The notes under the pieces were generated by a model. The model was given only the letters and a program-made list of their open reading frames with translations, was not told the origin of the DNA and did no database searches. This document shows, in pieces, positions 33,362 through 42,082 of a DNA stretch of 64,000 nucleotides. This DNA is from a virus, in the IMG/VR virus record IMGVR_UViG_3300026430_000265, positions 2,771 through 66,770 of that record; one strand, written 5' to 3'. The position numbers and the translations under genes are program-made. Every line of letters starts with the position of its first letter. Within the stretch, counting starts at the first letter, position 1.

Positions 33362-34085
33362 ACAGAGTGGTTGCGTCGTCTTCCGCTACAACCGCAAGTT
33401 CGACTACGAAATCTTGCTGGTCAAGTCGAGCGACGGTAAGAACTGGGTATTCCCCAAGGGTGGCGTAGAGCCTGACTTGACGCCACAGCAATCGGCGCTC
33501 AAGGAGACCTACGAAGAGGCGGGTGTTACAGGTCGCATCCTGAGCACGCTTGGCAAGTACGAGTACAAGAAGCAGGGCAAGGACCAGAAGGTCACGATGT
33601 ACGGTATGCTGTACACTCGCGATACAGAAGACTGGCCTGAGAAGCATCTGCGCAAGCGCAAGTGGTTCTCGTACAAAGATGCCATGAAGACCGTACCGAA
33701 GTTGATTCGTCCAATGCTGAAAGCTCTCAAGGAAGAGCGTATGCTCGGCCTTGCAGCCAACAGCAACATGGACAACATCGCCCAGTTCGTGCGTGCGCTG
33801 CCCGTGATCGTGGACAACGCTGGTGAAGTGGACGTCGCAGACGACAACACCGTCAACGTGATCGTCAAGCAGGGTGATGACCGCACCTTGCGTCTGCGCA
33901 TCGAGGACTGGGGCCAACACCCTACTGCCGAGAAAGTGACTGTCCATTGGGACTACATGCACGGCAATCACGAAGCGCAGCACTTCAAACACACCACACT
34001 GGATAACGTCGTCGGTGTAGTGAGTCGGGTCATCGGCCGCTTCATCAGCAACACACTCGCCGAGGGACAACCGATCAAGGAGTGA
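33348..34085 (+). CDS. Nudix hydrolase with extra C-terminal domain
   Basis: Nudix box W-x-F-P-K-GG-x-E-x7-KE-x-x-EE-x-G (FPKGGVEPDLTPQQSALKETYEEAG); SGCVVF..ILLV..RKRKWF as in diadenosine/inositol polyphosphate hydrolases. Confidence 0.85.
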   Translation: MAVRKQSGCVVFRYNRKFDYEILLVKSSDGKNWVFPKGGVEPDLTPQQSALKETYEEAGVTGRILSTLGKYEYKKQGKDQKVTMYGMLYTRDTEDWPEKHLRKRKWFSYKDAMKTVPKLIRPMLKALKEERMLGLAANSNMDNIAQFVRALPVIVDNAGEVDVADDNTVNVIVKQGDDRTLRLRIEDWGQHPTAEKVTVHWDYMHGNHEAQHFKHTTLDNVVGVVSRVIGRFISNTLAEGQPIKE

Positions 34086-34088
34086 CGC

Positions 34089-34487
34089 ATGAAGATCAAC
34101 GGCAAGGTGATCGTACCTACGAACAAGGAGATTCTACCTGGTATCTCCGTGTACACGAAGGACGGTGCATTGAAATCAGGCTCGCTGCGAGTCTGGATGG
34201 GCGAGGCGGTGACAGATACCAACGGCAACTTCACCGTTGACTGGTCTGCTGCCAAGTTTGCGTCTGCACCGATGCACGTCAGCGTGACCGCAGTTGCTGC
34301 GGCACAAGCAAACGTCTACGACAGGATATGGGCGACCATGAACTCCAGTTTCAATATGAACAGTGGCTCAGGGTATGCGCTGCGAGGCGCTACTGGTACC
34401 ATTGCGCTCGGAGGTTCGTGGACGTCCATTCGCCTTGCTGCTTCGATCAGAGTCCTGATCATGGCATGGGGAATCGTTGCAACATGA
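34089..34487 (+). CDS. Hypothetical protein, fibre-tip/H-type-lectin-like
   Basis: 132 aa; GNFTVDWS..FASAP..VSVT..VLIMAWG pattern. Confidence 0.55.
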   Translation: MKINGKVIVPTNKEILPGISVYTKDGALKSGSLRVWMGEAVTDTNGNFTVDWSAAKFASAPMHVSVTAVAAAQANVYDRIWATMNSSFNMNSGSGYALRGATGTIALGGSWTSIRLAASIRVLIMAWGIVAT

Positions 34488-34684
34488 GCATCATGGGAAA
34501 TCGTGATACACCCACAGGAAGTCCGTGCGTTGGCCGTTGCAGCCATTGTGTGAGTGACGAGGATTGCAGAGGGTGTGGCCGAACTCTCGCGGAAGTGCGC
34601 GACTGGAATGGCTACAGCGACGAAGAAAAGATCAGGGTGAAACAACTACTCCCTGAGAGGTTAGCGAAGATCAAGCGAGGTTAA
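34484..34684 (+). CDS. DUF1289-family small Cys-rich (putative Fe-S) protein
   Basis: SPCVGRC..C..CRGCGRT-x2-E-x3-W-x3-S-x-EEK matches DUF1289; ATGA overlap. Confidence 0.8.
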   Translation: MSIMGNRDTPTGSPCVGRCSHCVSDEDCRGCGRTLAEVRDWNGYSDEEKIRVKQLLPERLAKIKRG

Positions 34685-34685
34685 C

Positions 34686-35096
34686 ATGGCTGCCACGATG
34701 CGCCGCTCCAAGACTCGTCCAAAGAGACGGGCCCGTAATCGCGCTGAGGCGCTCAACATTGGCAACTGGTTTGCGAAGCTCACCAAGAGCAAGCAGGACA
34801 AGTACGTCAAGGACCATCCAAACTCCATCTACGCCAAACAGAAGCGCAAAGCTACTGACAAGAAGACCCGAGACAAGGCTGCGGATGATCGTATCCACAA
34901 GCTAGAGTCGATGGTTGCGCAGCTGGAGAAGAAGATCGCGCACAACAAGAAGATCATTGCTGACCAGACTGGCGAGAAGGGTAAGGCCCGTGCGTCGAAA
35001 GCTGGCGAGAAACATGCGTGGGAATATGCCCGCGAGAACATGGAACTTCGGCACAAGATCAAGGTCTACCAAGACCGCATCCAACGTCTGCGCTAA
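34686..35096 (+). CDS. Highly basic protein, possibly nucleic-acid-binding or an internal virion protein
   Basis: 136 aa, K/R-rich; WF-x2-L-x4-Q-x2-Y-x3-HPNS-x-YA motif plus coiled coil. Confidence 0.65.
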   Translation: MAATMRRSKTRPKRRARNRAEALNIGNWFAKLTKSKQDKYVKDHPNSIYAKQKRKATDKKTRDKAADDRIHKLESMVAQLEKKIAHNKKIIADQTGEKGKARASKAGEKHAWEYARENMELRHKIKVYQDRIQRLR

Positions 35097-35109
35097 TCCG
35101 TAGACCTGA

Positions 35110-35133
35110 AAAAGGGAGCCTAGGCTCCCTTTT
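35110..35133. terminator. Bidirectional rho-independent terminator between the convergent blocks
   Basis: Perfect 24-bp palindrome AAAAGGGAGCCT|AGGCTCCCTTTT. Confidence 0.9.
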
Positions 35134-35136
35134 CCT

Positions 35137-35487
35137 TTAGTTGCTGAAAATCCGCAGATACGTGTGGTATCCCATTTCCTTGCAACCCTTTGTCTCTTTG
35201 AAATCAGCCCACACCGTACCAGTGGTAAACTTCTGTACGAAGCCCACTCGCGCCTCCCAGTTGTTCTTCGACCCTTGATACTGGCGAAAGCCCAGGTTGT
35301 TCGCAATGCGCAGCCCGTAGTTGAAGTCCGACTCCCCACCCGACCACGTGTCCCCGCCACCCTCTGCAAACAGCTTGCCGTCATCACCACGCCAGAGCTT
35401 AGTGCAGCCAAACAGTTCGACCATCTGGGCTTCCAGGATGTTCAGGTCATCCTTAGTGATCGACGTGTAGGTCGTCTTCTCCATCAT
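35137..35487 (-). CDS. Hypothetical protein
   Basis: 116 aa; overlaps the stop of the upstream gene. Confidence 0.7.
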   Translation of the reverse strand: MMEKTTYTSITKDDLNILEAQMVELFGCTKLWRGDDGKLFAEGGGDTWSGGESDFNYGLRIANNLGFRQYQGSKNNWEARVGFVQKFTTGTVWADFKETKGCKEMGYHTYLRIFSN

Positions 35488-35744
35488 GCCACCTTTGATT
35501 TGTTCATCTGGTTATATTGGTCACGGCGCTTTTCGTATGCCCGATACTGGAGCTGCGCACCCAGCAGCATGTCGGTGAAACGATCCGCGTAGCTACTGGC
35601 ACCACGACGCTGTGCTACCTTGATGGCTGTCTTCAGGAATGCGAAATACTTCCCTGGCTCCTTGACCACGCTGATGGCTTTAATGTCTTCCAGCATCTTG
35701 CTCAGAATGTTGCGGTCTTCTTGTGTCAGCGCTTCTGCGATCAT
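35484..35744 (-). CDS. Hypothetical protein
   Basis: 86 aa; GGAG upstream. Confidence 0.65.
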   Translation of the reverse strand: MIAEALTQEDRNILSKMLEDIKAISVVKEPGKYFAFLKTAIKVAQRRGASSYADRFTDMLLGAQLQYRAYEKRRDQYNQMNKSKVA

Positions 35745-35794
35745 TACCCAAAGCTCCGGTTGATGGAATTATGGGTATAAATTAGTGCCAAACG

Positions 35795-35831
35795 AAAAAG
35801 GGCGCGGAAGCCGAAGCCTCACACGCCCTTT
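35795..35831 (-). terminator. Rho-independent terminator with a C(UUCG)G tetraloop
   Basis: Minus strand AAGGGCGTGTGAGGC-TTCG-GCTTCCGCGCCC-TTTTT. Confidence 0.85.
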
Positions 35832-35833
35832 GG

Positions 35834-36568
35834 TCATTCACGTCGCAGGAGTCGATCCAGCGGCGTATCTTCGTCACGGTTCTTCCACTCCTCAGCACGG
35901 ACAGCAAACTCCGTGATCAAGGTCTTGTAGCTCAAGCGCTGCACACCCTCTGGTAGCTCCATGTCAGCGCCCGCAGCCAGCACATAACCACCGCCGATGT
36001 ACCCGATCGCTAGCAGGATGTACTCAGTCTGCACCCACATGGTTCGCGTCTTGCCGTGAATGGTGACGCGAGCGGCTGGGTCGATTGCCTCGATGGCTCT
36101 GCGCAGATCACCATACAGGTCACCTTTGTGCAGGTAGTGGTGATTGCCAAACTCGGCCAGACGTTCTGCGATCAACTCGCTGCTGTCTAGGTTGCGCTGC
36201 GTGTGCAGGAAGCCATGCACGTCATCTACGCGCGGCATCTTCACACCACAAACCCGCGCCAACAGTTCTTTGTGACGTTCGAGCATCGTCCAGAGTTCAA
36301 GGTACAGATCACGTCGAGTGGGAACGCCGTTGATTTCATTTCCACCACGCCACTGCTTGCTGATGTACTCCTGAGACTGCTTGATGGTGAACAGCGCATC
36401 CTGCAAGCCTTTGGGAGGAAGCGGCGGCAGCGGGTGATACGTGTCGGCAGGCGTCTCGCGCAGGTTACCCTCGTAGGAGAGCAGCGCTGCTTGGTACGCA
36501 AGGAACTCAACTTGGCGAACGTCACGGGCGTGCTGTTCAAACTCGGTATCGCCAGCAATCTTATCCAT
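35834..36568 (-). CDS. Hypothetical protein
   Basis: ORF; ATG 36568 (MDKIAG) preferred, overlapping the upstream stop. Confidence 0.7.
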   Translation of the reverse strand: MDKIAGDTEFEQHARDVRQVEFLAYQAALLSYEGNLRETPADTYHPLPPLPPKGLQDALFTIKQSQEYISKQWRGGNEINGVPTRRDLYLELWTMLERHKELLARVCGVKMPRVDDVHGFLHTQRNLDSSELIAERLAEFGNHHYLHKGDLYGDLRRAIEAIDPAARVTIHGKTRTMWVQTEYILLAIGYIGGGYVLAAGADMELPEGVQRLSYKTLITEFAVRAEEWKNRDEDTPLDRLLRRE

Positions 36569-37079
36569 GTCGGCGCGCCCCTGTTTGTTCGTCAATGTCC
36601 TCGACCACCTTAAACGCCAGCTTCAAGTTGGCATGATGAATAAACACCGCAGCCACCTCCAGTGCGTTCAGTGGGCTGATCGTCTCCATAGCGTTGACCT
36701 GCTGGAGCGCACGCTGTACACGCGCCGTACTTTCTTCCAGCGAGTTGCCCAGCTCCTGATTGAAAGGAGACTTGAGCGCCTTCAGGATAACCAGCTTCTG
36801 CGCGCTGATCGCCACGTCACGTTGGTGCAGTTGCGTGAACTGCTGATCTTGTGGCCACGGCATTGTGCGGTACACGCCGAGTAGCATCTGCACACGACGG
36901 CTGCCGTTGAGGTACGTGACGACAACAGGACCACGCGAACGACGCTGATTCAGGTTGGGTTCCAGCAAGCCACTGAACCCAGGCAGGCTCGCGATACGCT
37001 GGAGCTCTACCACTTGATGATCGCTCAGGTTGAGTACGTCATTGTCGATCCACGTGTTGGCGCTTAATTGAATTTCCAT
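36561..37079 (-). CDS. Hypothetical protein
   Basis: 172-aa ORF in operon packing. Confidence 0.7.
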   Translation of the reverse strand: MEIQLSANTWIDNDVLNLSDHQVVELQRIASLPGFSGLLEPNLNQRRSRGPVVVTYLNGSRRVQMLLGVYRTMPWPQDQQFTQLHQRDVAISAQKLVILKALKSPFNQELGNSLEESTARVQRALQQVNAMETISPLNALEVAAVFIHHANLKLAFKVVEDIDEQTGARRHG

Positions 37080-37366
37080 TTCCGTTCACCCATATTCGGC
37101 AGGTCAAGTTCAACCGCGATGCGGTCCATGTTGTCGCGTACCCAGTCAGGATTCAGTGCACCCCAGTCGGTCACGCTGTAACGGTACGTCGCGCGCAGCT
37201 TGGTACCGGAATCTTTTTCGAAGGTAATGCCAAACTTCTTCGCATGGTCTCGAATGGACCTGTCGATTGCTACAAGCTCCAGCCCGGAGTGATCTGCAAT
37301 TTGCTGCGGCGTATCCAAGCCGTAGTGCATCGCTCCGAGAATGTAGACGGTTCGCTTAAAATTCAT
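37064..37366 (-). CDS. Winged helix-turn-helix protein (HTH_43-like)
   Basis: TPQQIADHSG..FGI-x-F..Y-S-V-T-DWG-A-L-N-x2-WV-x2-N-x3-I-x3-L matches the HTH_43 C-terminal Y-x-I-x-DWG-x-I..W signature. Confidence 0.65.
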   Translation of the reverse strand: MNFKRTVYILGAMHYGLDTPQQIADHSGLELVAIDRSIRDHAKKFGITFEKDSGTKLRATYRYSVTDWGALNPDWVRDNMDRIAVELDLPNMGERKWKFN

Positions 37367-37369
37367 GCC

Positions 37370-37780
37370 TCAAATCCTTTCGACGTGACCGTTCTTCCAA
37401 CCGTTGATGTAATCTAGGAAGCATCCGGTCGCACGTTTGTATTGCAACACACCGCGCGAATCGCCAACGACTTGGTAGTTATCCAAGCCTTCGTCGGTCG
37501 ACTCTAGCTCAATGCCGTGGTCAACGTAGCGATACATTGCGCGGTAGAAGTCTTTCGACAGCAGATTGGCAAAGCGCACGCACTGAACGTCACGGCGCTC
37601 CTCAGCATCCAACCATTGGTTGTACAGGCATAGCAAAATCTTCCCCGAGTTGCCTGCATTGTCCGTCATACGTCGGGCAATCTTTCGTGGGACGTTGCGC
37701 AGAATGTACACCCGCTTGAACGTGTGGCTCACAGCAAACAGGACTATTCGGTCTTTGAACCGTGAGTTGGCTTTGCTCAT
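37370..37780 (-). CDS. Hypothetical protein
   Basis: 136 aa; ATGA-type overlap. Confidence 0.7.
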   Translation of the reverse strand: MSKANSRFKDRIVLFAVSHTFKRVYILRNVPRKIARRMTDNAGNSGKILLCLYNQWLDAEERRDVQCVRFANLLSKDFYRAMYRYVDHGIELESTDEGLDNYQVVGDSRGVLQYKRATGCFLDYINGWKNGHVERI

Positions 37781-38424
37781 TTGTAGGCTTTCCGTACCCG
37801 CTCTACCGCGTCAGCCGAAGCGATCTTCGGGTTCTTGTTGTTGAGACGCTTGAGGTGATTCTCGACCCACGTGAGCTTCTGCAGGTCTTCTTCGATCACC
37901 AGCGACATGGCGATAACATTGTCCTGCTTGAACTTGGTAGTCAGCGGATCAACTTCCAACCCGTAGGTGTTCATCAGCTCTTCCCGCGCACTGTGATAGC
38001 GCTTGCGGATGTTGCCGATAAACTTCATCAGGTTGGTTACGGTCATCGGCAGACGCTCGACGCCGAAGTTGTACAGCTGGACAACCACTGTGTCATAGTC
38101 GGCACTGAACTCCGGCGCCTTGATGACGCGATTGCTGTCCGTGTCGAGCACGATCCAGCTCAAGTCAACCAACTCAGGCACTTCAACCGTCGCAGCGAAC
38201 GCGAGAATGTCTGCTGGTACTTCACCGTAGCGGGCATCCAGCGGGTGCGGGATTTGGCGACGCTGAATCTCAGGCAGGTCGAACGGCAGATTGCGCAGCT
38301 CCACCAGCTTGTTGCGCGTAGAGTTGCTACCGTCCAGCACGTACACATAGCGCAATTCGGCTGGGTGGAAGTCTTGCAGGTCTCGGGAAGTCAGTGCGAC
38401 GCCCGTGTTGTTGTTGATAAGCAT
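37777..38424 (-). CDS. Hypothetical protein
   Basis: 215 aa; GGAGG RBS; TAATG coupling. Confidence 0.7.
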   Translation of the reverse strand: MLINNNTGVALTSRDLQDFHPAELRYVYVLDGSNSTRNKLVELRNLPFDLPEIQRRQIPHPLDARYGEVPADILAFAATVEVPELVDLSWIVLDTDSNRVIKAPEFSADYDTVVVQLYNFGVERLPMTVTNLMKFIGNIRKRYHSAREELMNTYGLEVDPLTTKFKQDNVIAMSLVIEEDLQKLTWVENHLKRLNNKNPKIASADAVERVRKAYK

Positions 38425-38720
38425 TATGCCTCCAGTGGGGCCATTTTGACTTGGACACCATTGCGAAGATCGGCAGGCGGTGACGGCTCTGGGTACTCAA
38501 CCTTTTGCTTGTCGTCACGCCACTCGCCGCCAGCAAGGATAACAGAGTGCGGCTTCTTGTATTCTGTTTTACACTTCGGACACGGCCCATCGAGTTCTGC
38601 GCAGCCGTGATCGTACTCGTCCTCAAGTCGGTTGACTGACCAGAGCAAGCCGCCACACTTGCACTGGATGCCGTTGCTGATAACGCACGGATACTTCACT
38701 TCCGTCACTTTACCCCTCAT
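38424..38720 (-). CDS. Putative zinc-finger protein
   Basis: AAGGAG RBS before ATG 38720; C-x-C-GG..C-x5-C-P-K-C. Confidence 0.6.
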   Translation of the reverse strand: MRGKVTEVKYPCVISNGIQCKCGGLLWSVNRLEDEYDHGCAELDGPCPKCKTEYKKPHSVILAGGEWRDDKQKVEYPEPSPPADLRNGVQVKMAPLEA

Positions 38721-39444
38721 AGCCCAACTCCCTTGGATGTAGTGGCAAGCCATTCTCTTGCTGTGTGCTCGAACGATACGGCTGCGCGAATGGATCGTTG
38801 CGCCACGGACTGAACGGGTTGGTGAGCACGTGCCAGTAGAATTCGCTCAAGTGCTGACACACCTCACGGAGCTTCGCCTCGAACCCGCTGAGCTCCATGC
38901 CCTTCGTGCGTGCGAGCAGTGCGTCCACGCGGTCCTGCATATCTTGGCTGACGTTAATCATCAGCGACAGCAGACCCATCTGGCGATCAAACGCGGGCGA
39001 GCAATCCAAGAGCGGGAACGTCCAAGTGGTTTCGCAACCGTAACCATCAAGCGAGTGATGGTTGAAGTTGATGGTGTTTGGCCACCAGCCACGGAACGGC
39101 CACTGGTCCATCGCACGCATCGCACCTTCAAAGAAGCCGCGTATGTCGAGAGCCAGTTGCTCCGAGTACCCACTATCCATTGCAATGTCTAGATCGCGTT
39201 TTGGTGGCGGAATGTACTGCTTACCGTTGCCGAAGTACAGGGTGTCGTTTTGTTTAACGACGTCCGTGATCCCGAGTCGACCCTGCCAACCTGCACGCAC
39301 GTTGAGAATGAAGAAGTCGAGGTGGGTGAGAATTTCACCCTCCAGCTTCGGATCGTTCGACGCTTCCTGCAGCTCCTTGATCAGGTCAGCAAGAGGCTTG
39401 GCACGCTCGGCTACGGCAGATCGAACTGCGGGAAGGTTACTCAT
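38710..39444 (-). CDS. Hypothetical protein
   Basis: 244 aa; GGAGGG RBS. Confidence 0.7.
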   Translation of the reverse strand: MSNLPAVRSAVAERAKPLADLIKELQEASNDPKLEGEILTHLDFFILNVRAGWQGRLGITDVVKQNDTLYFGNGKQYIPPPKRDLDIAMDSGYSEQLALDIRGFFEGAMRAMDQWPFRGWWPNTINFNHHSLDGYGCETTWTFPLLDCSPAFDRQMGLLSLMINVSQDMQDRVDALLARTKGMELSGFEAKLREVCQHLSEFYWHVLTNPFSPWRNDPFAQPYRSSTQQENGLPLHPRELGYEG

Positions 39445-39860
39445 TCACCCTCCCGTGCGTGAATCGCATCCAGGTCGTTGAGCATGTTCGTGGAGAAGTT
39501 CTTCACGAAGTCCTCATACTCCGACTTGTGGTAGGTGTAGTGCAGTTGCGCGTGCTGCCCATTGCGCCACGTGATAAGCACGTCGATTGCCAGCCGATTC
39601 TCTTCCACCTTGTCAGGCGTGTTGTTGCGTTCGTCGCAGATGACCTCTACGGACTTCCAGAGCTCCGCAGCCTTGTTGGTCATGTACGCATCGAAGCGCA
39701 TCTTCATCGCCACGCGAATGTCTACGGTGTTGACGAAGTTGTAGGCGGCATACGTCTGGAACACGTCGTTGTCCGCGTGGTTGAACACCGCCACCAGATC
39801 GGTAGACTCGCGCTTGTTGAGCCCAGTGAGTTGCAGGCTTGCCAATGAGATACGGGTCAT
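39441..39860 (-). CDS. Hypothetical protein
   Basis: 139 aa; directly follows the ATP-grasp gene. Confidence 0.7.
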   Translation of the reverse strand: MTRISLASLQLTGLNKRESTDLVAVFNHADNDVFQTYAAYNFVNTVDIRVAMKMRFDAYMTNKAAELWKSVEVICDERNNTPDKVEENRLAIDVLITWRNGQHAQLHYTYHKSEYEDFVKNFSTNMLNDLDAIHAREGE

Positions 39861-39863
39861 CGC

Positions 39864-41156
39864 TTACTCCAGATAGTGGGGAATCCAGCGTTCGTTGTGC
39901 CAGCCAACCACCTTGCCGTTGAACTCGCGTATGCACAGCGTTGCTGCGGTGCAAGTGGCGCCGCCTTCGTCAGGCACGACAAACATACCGATGATGAAGT
40001 CGTTGCGTCCATTGAGTTGATGCGCTGGGCAGAACTCTTGGTAGACACGGGTAGTGCCGTCGTACGGACCTTCCGACGTGTACGCTTCACCGGTTTGCGT
40101 GTGGATCGTGACGTTAGCCGACATGCGACCCATATTGGGCTTCGAGACATACGGCGCGTTCGTGTTGATGAACGGCGACGGCTCCATGTAGGTCTTGAGC
40201 AGTGGCAGGTCTGCGTACTGCGACAGGCCGCCAAACTTCATGACCTCGGTGATGTACGCCCAGATGCCTTTGTTCGATGCGAACCAGCGCCATGCAGGCT
40301 CGAAGAAGGTGACGTTCTGGCACCACTTGCCCCAATTGGAGAATACGCTCGGCGCAGCTTCGACCATTTCTTCCCACGGGTGCAGGATGAATACAGCGTC
40401 CAGGCGATAGTCGCCGAAGACGAATGGCTTGGACGGTTCCGAGTGATCGAAGTCCAGCTCGTTAATGTCCACGAAGAACACGTTCGGGTTGATCTGGCTC
40501 ATGATCTGCGCGATGGTTTCGCACGTCGCCATGTCCTCGAACGAGTCTTGATGGAAGACGACTGCGGAGTGCCCTGGGATTTGCCCAAGATGCCCGAACA
40601 GTTCGTCCATCAGCGGCCACAGGCTGTTGAGCTGGCATTCTTCGTCGCCGGTCACTTGCTTACACAGCAGCGTCTGGAGGTTCACCGACTCAAACAGCAT
40701 GGTCGGAGTGTCGCCGTTGAATTCGTAGATGCCAGTGACTTCGTTGGTCGCAGGATCGAATGCCGCGTCGAAGCGCCCGTAGATTGGTTGCTTGTGCGAA
40801 CTGCGCGACGTATAGGTCCAGCGCGCATAGTCCAGGAACTCAGGATGCTTGGCCAGAAGTTCGCTGCCCATGTAGCGCTCGATCACCGCACGGTTCTCTT
40901 TGAACAGCATACCCACTGCATCGTGGAGACAGGCGTAGGTGCGCTCGAAGATGGTTTCGATTTTGGCGCAGGCCGACTGCTGGAGGACGTAGAACGGCAT
41001 GTTGTGCGCGTGCTCCGTGGCGTACTGGAAGTATTCGCGCACGTCCTGTTTGAGTTCGTTGCTGTTTGCCTCGCGATAGAACGCCTGGGTCCACGGCAGC
41101 TCCTCGTCCATCAAGGTGTCGAGGTTCAGATTGATTGGGTGATTCTGAATACGCAT
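39864..41156 (-). CDS. Glutathionylspermidine synthase-like ATP-grasp protein (GSP_synth; YgiC/YjfC-like)
   Basis: YGRFD..IYEFNGDTPT.L.ES; EDMAT; LHPWEEM; EPAW..SNKG; YVSKP..GR..NV; YQEF..IIG motifs in family order. Confidence 0.9.
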   Translation of the reverse strand: MRIQNHPINLNLDTLMDEELPWTQAFYREANSNELKQDVREYFQYATEHAHNMPFYVLQQSACAKIETIFERTYACLHDAVGMLFKENRAVIERYMGSELLAKHPEFLDYARWTYTSRSSHKQPIYGRFDAAFDPATNEVTGIYEFNGDTPTMLFESVNLQTLLCKQVTGDEECQLNSLWPLMDELFGHLGQIPGHSAVVFHQDSFEDMATCETIAQIMSQINPNVFFVDINELDFDHSEPSKPFVFGDYRLDAVFILHPWEEMVEAAPSVFSNWGKWCQNVTFFEPAWRWFASNKGIWAYITEVMKFGGLSQYADLPLLKTYMEPSPFINTNAPYVSKPNMGRMSANVTIHTQTGEAYTSEGPYDGTTRVYQEFCPAHQLNGRNDFIIGMFVVPDEGGATCTAATLCIREFNGKVVGWHNERWIPHYLE

Positions 41157-41159
41157 TGC

Positions 41160-41771
41160 TTAGCTCCCAGAAGATACTGCGTGCGCGCCGCCACGAGCGC
41201 CAGTCGAACCTGCGAAAACTCCCGAAGTGCGGGAGGAGATAACTGCCTTTGTAGCCGAGCTGCGGAAGCTTGGCGACGACCGGATCGCAGAACGATTGTT
41301 GTTCATCATGGTGGACGTGTACGCTGCGGTACCTGCGTTTGTACGACGGCGACGATCATCCTCGTCCGCATACGACTGGTAGGAGCGTGGAGGATTCGAT
41401 GCCGCATACCCGCTGTAGCCACCACGATTGTTCATCATCGACGCGACTGCGTAGCCAGTAGCTGCACCAGCGAGCAGTGGCCATACGGAACTGGAACTCG
41501 ACCCGTTGGCTTCTTCGCGCACGATGTTGAGTTCCTTCTCACCCTTTTCGTTGTAGGTGAAGTAGGCATCTTTGACAGACGGGTCCTTCTTGCGCAGTTC
41601 GGCAACGGTCTGTTTCAGGTCTTCCTGATCGGCAGCCATCTGCTGTCGAGTTGCGGATGCAGCCTGATCTTCAAGGTACTTCGCCTCTTCCTCAGGCGTA
41701 GGCGGCTCGTCCTGTTGCTCACACCCGACCAGTACCAGTGCTGCGGCTGCTGCCACAAATACTTCTTTCAT
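41160..41771 (-). CDS. DUF1190/YgiB-like lipoprotein
   Basis: Lipobox LVG-C17; WPLLAG..GY helix; Ser/Arg/Gly-rich tail ending SGVFAGSTGARGG..SSGS; directly upstream of the GSP_synth gene as in ygiB-ygiC. Confidence 0.7.
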   Translation of the reverse strand: MKEVFVAAAAALVLVGCEQQDEPPTPEEEAKYLEDQAASATRQQMAADQEDLKQTVAELRKKDPSVKDAYFTYNEKGEKELNIVREEANGSSSSSVWPLLAGAATGYAVASMMNNRGGYSGYAASNPPRSYQSYADEDDRRRRTNAGTAAYTSTMMNNNRSAIRSSPSFRSSATKAVISSRTSGVFAGSTGARGGAHAVSSGS

Positions 41772-42082
41772 CGCTTACTCCTGTTCTTCAATATGAGGCG
41801 AACTTGTTTGAGGACGCTATCACCGTGACAGCGTTTGGGTTTGCAGTAACACTCAAGCACCACATCATAACCAGTTTCGACTAGATCGGCGATGCGATTA
41901 AGTTCAGCCATGATGCGGCGATTGTTCTTGGCAACACGCTTCTCCAGCCAGCGATCATAGCGGTCGCATACTTCGCTGCGTGTGCCGTAATACGGAGTAG
42001 GCCAGCGGTTCTGCAACACACTGGGCCTACCGATGTAGATGGTGACTGTCTTCCTAGTGCTTGGTGGACGGTCCACCTTCAT
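41768..42082 (-). CDS. DUF4326 domain protein
   Basis: YIGRPS-x2-QN-x-W..GTR..C..Y..WL..LECYCKP-x2-CHGD; start uncertain (42082 or 42115). Confidence 0.8.
   Translation of the reverse strand: MKVDRPPSTRKTVTIYIGRPSVLQNRWPTPYYGTRSEVCDRYDRWLEKRVAKNNRRIMAELNRIADLVETGYDVVLECYCKPKRCHGDSVLKQVRLILKNRSKR

Noticed and set aside
39876-41828. 650-aa + strand ORF, and similar long antisense ORFs (4821-6689, 12885-14588, 17255-19096, 26343-27470)
   Set aside because: They lie exactly antisense to well-supported genes, have no RBS or recognisable motifs, and are expected shadows of C/G-biased codon usage.
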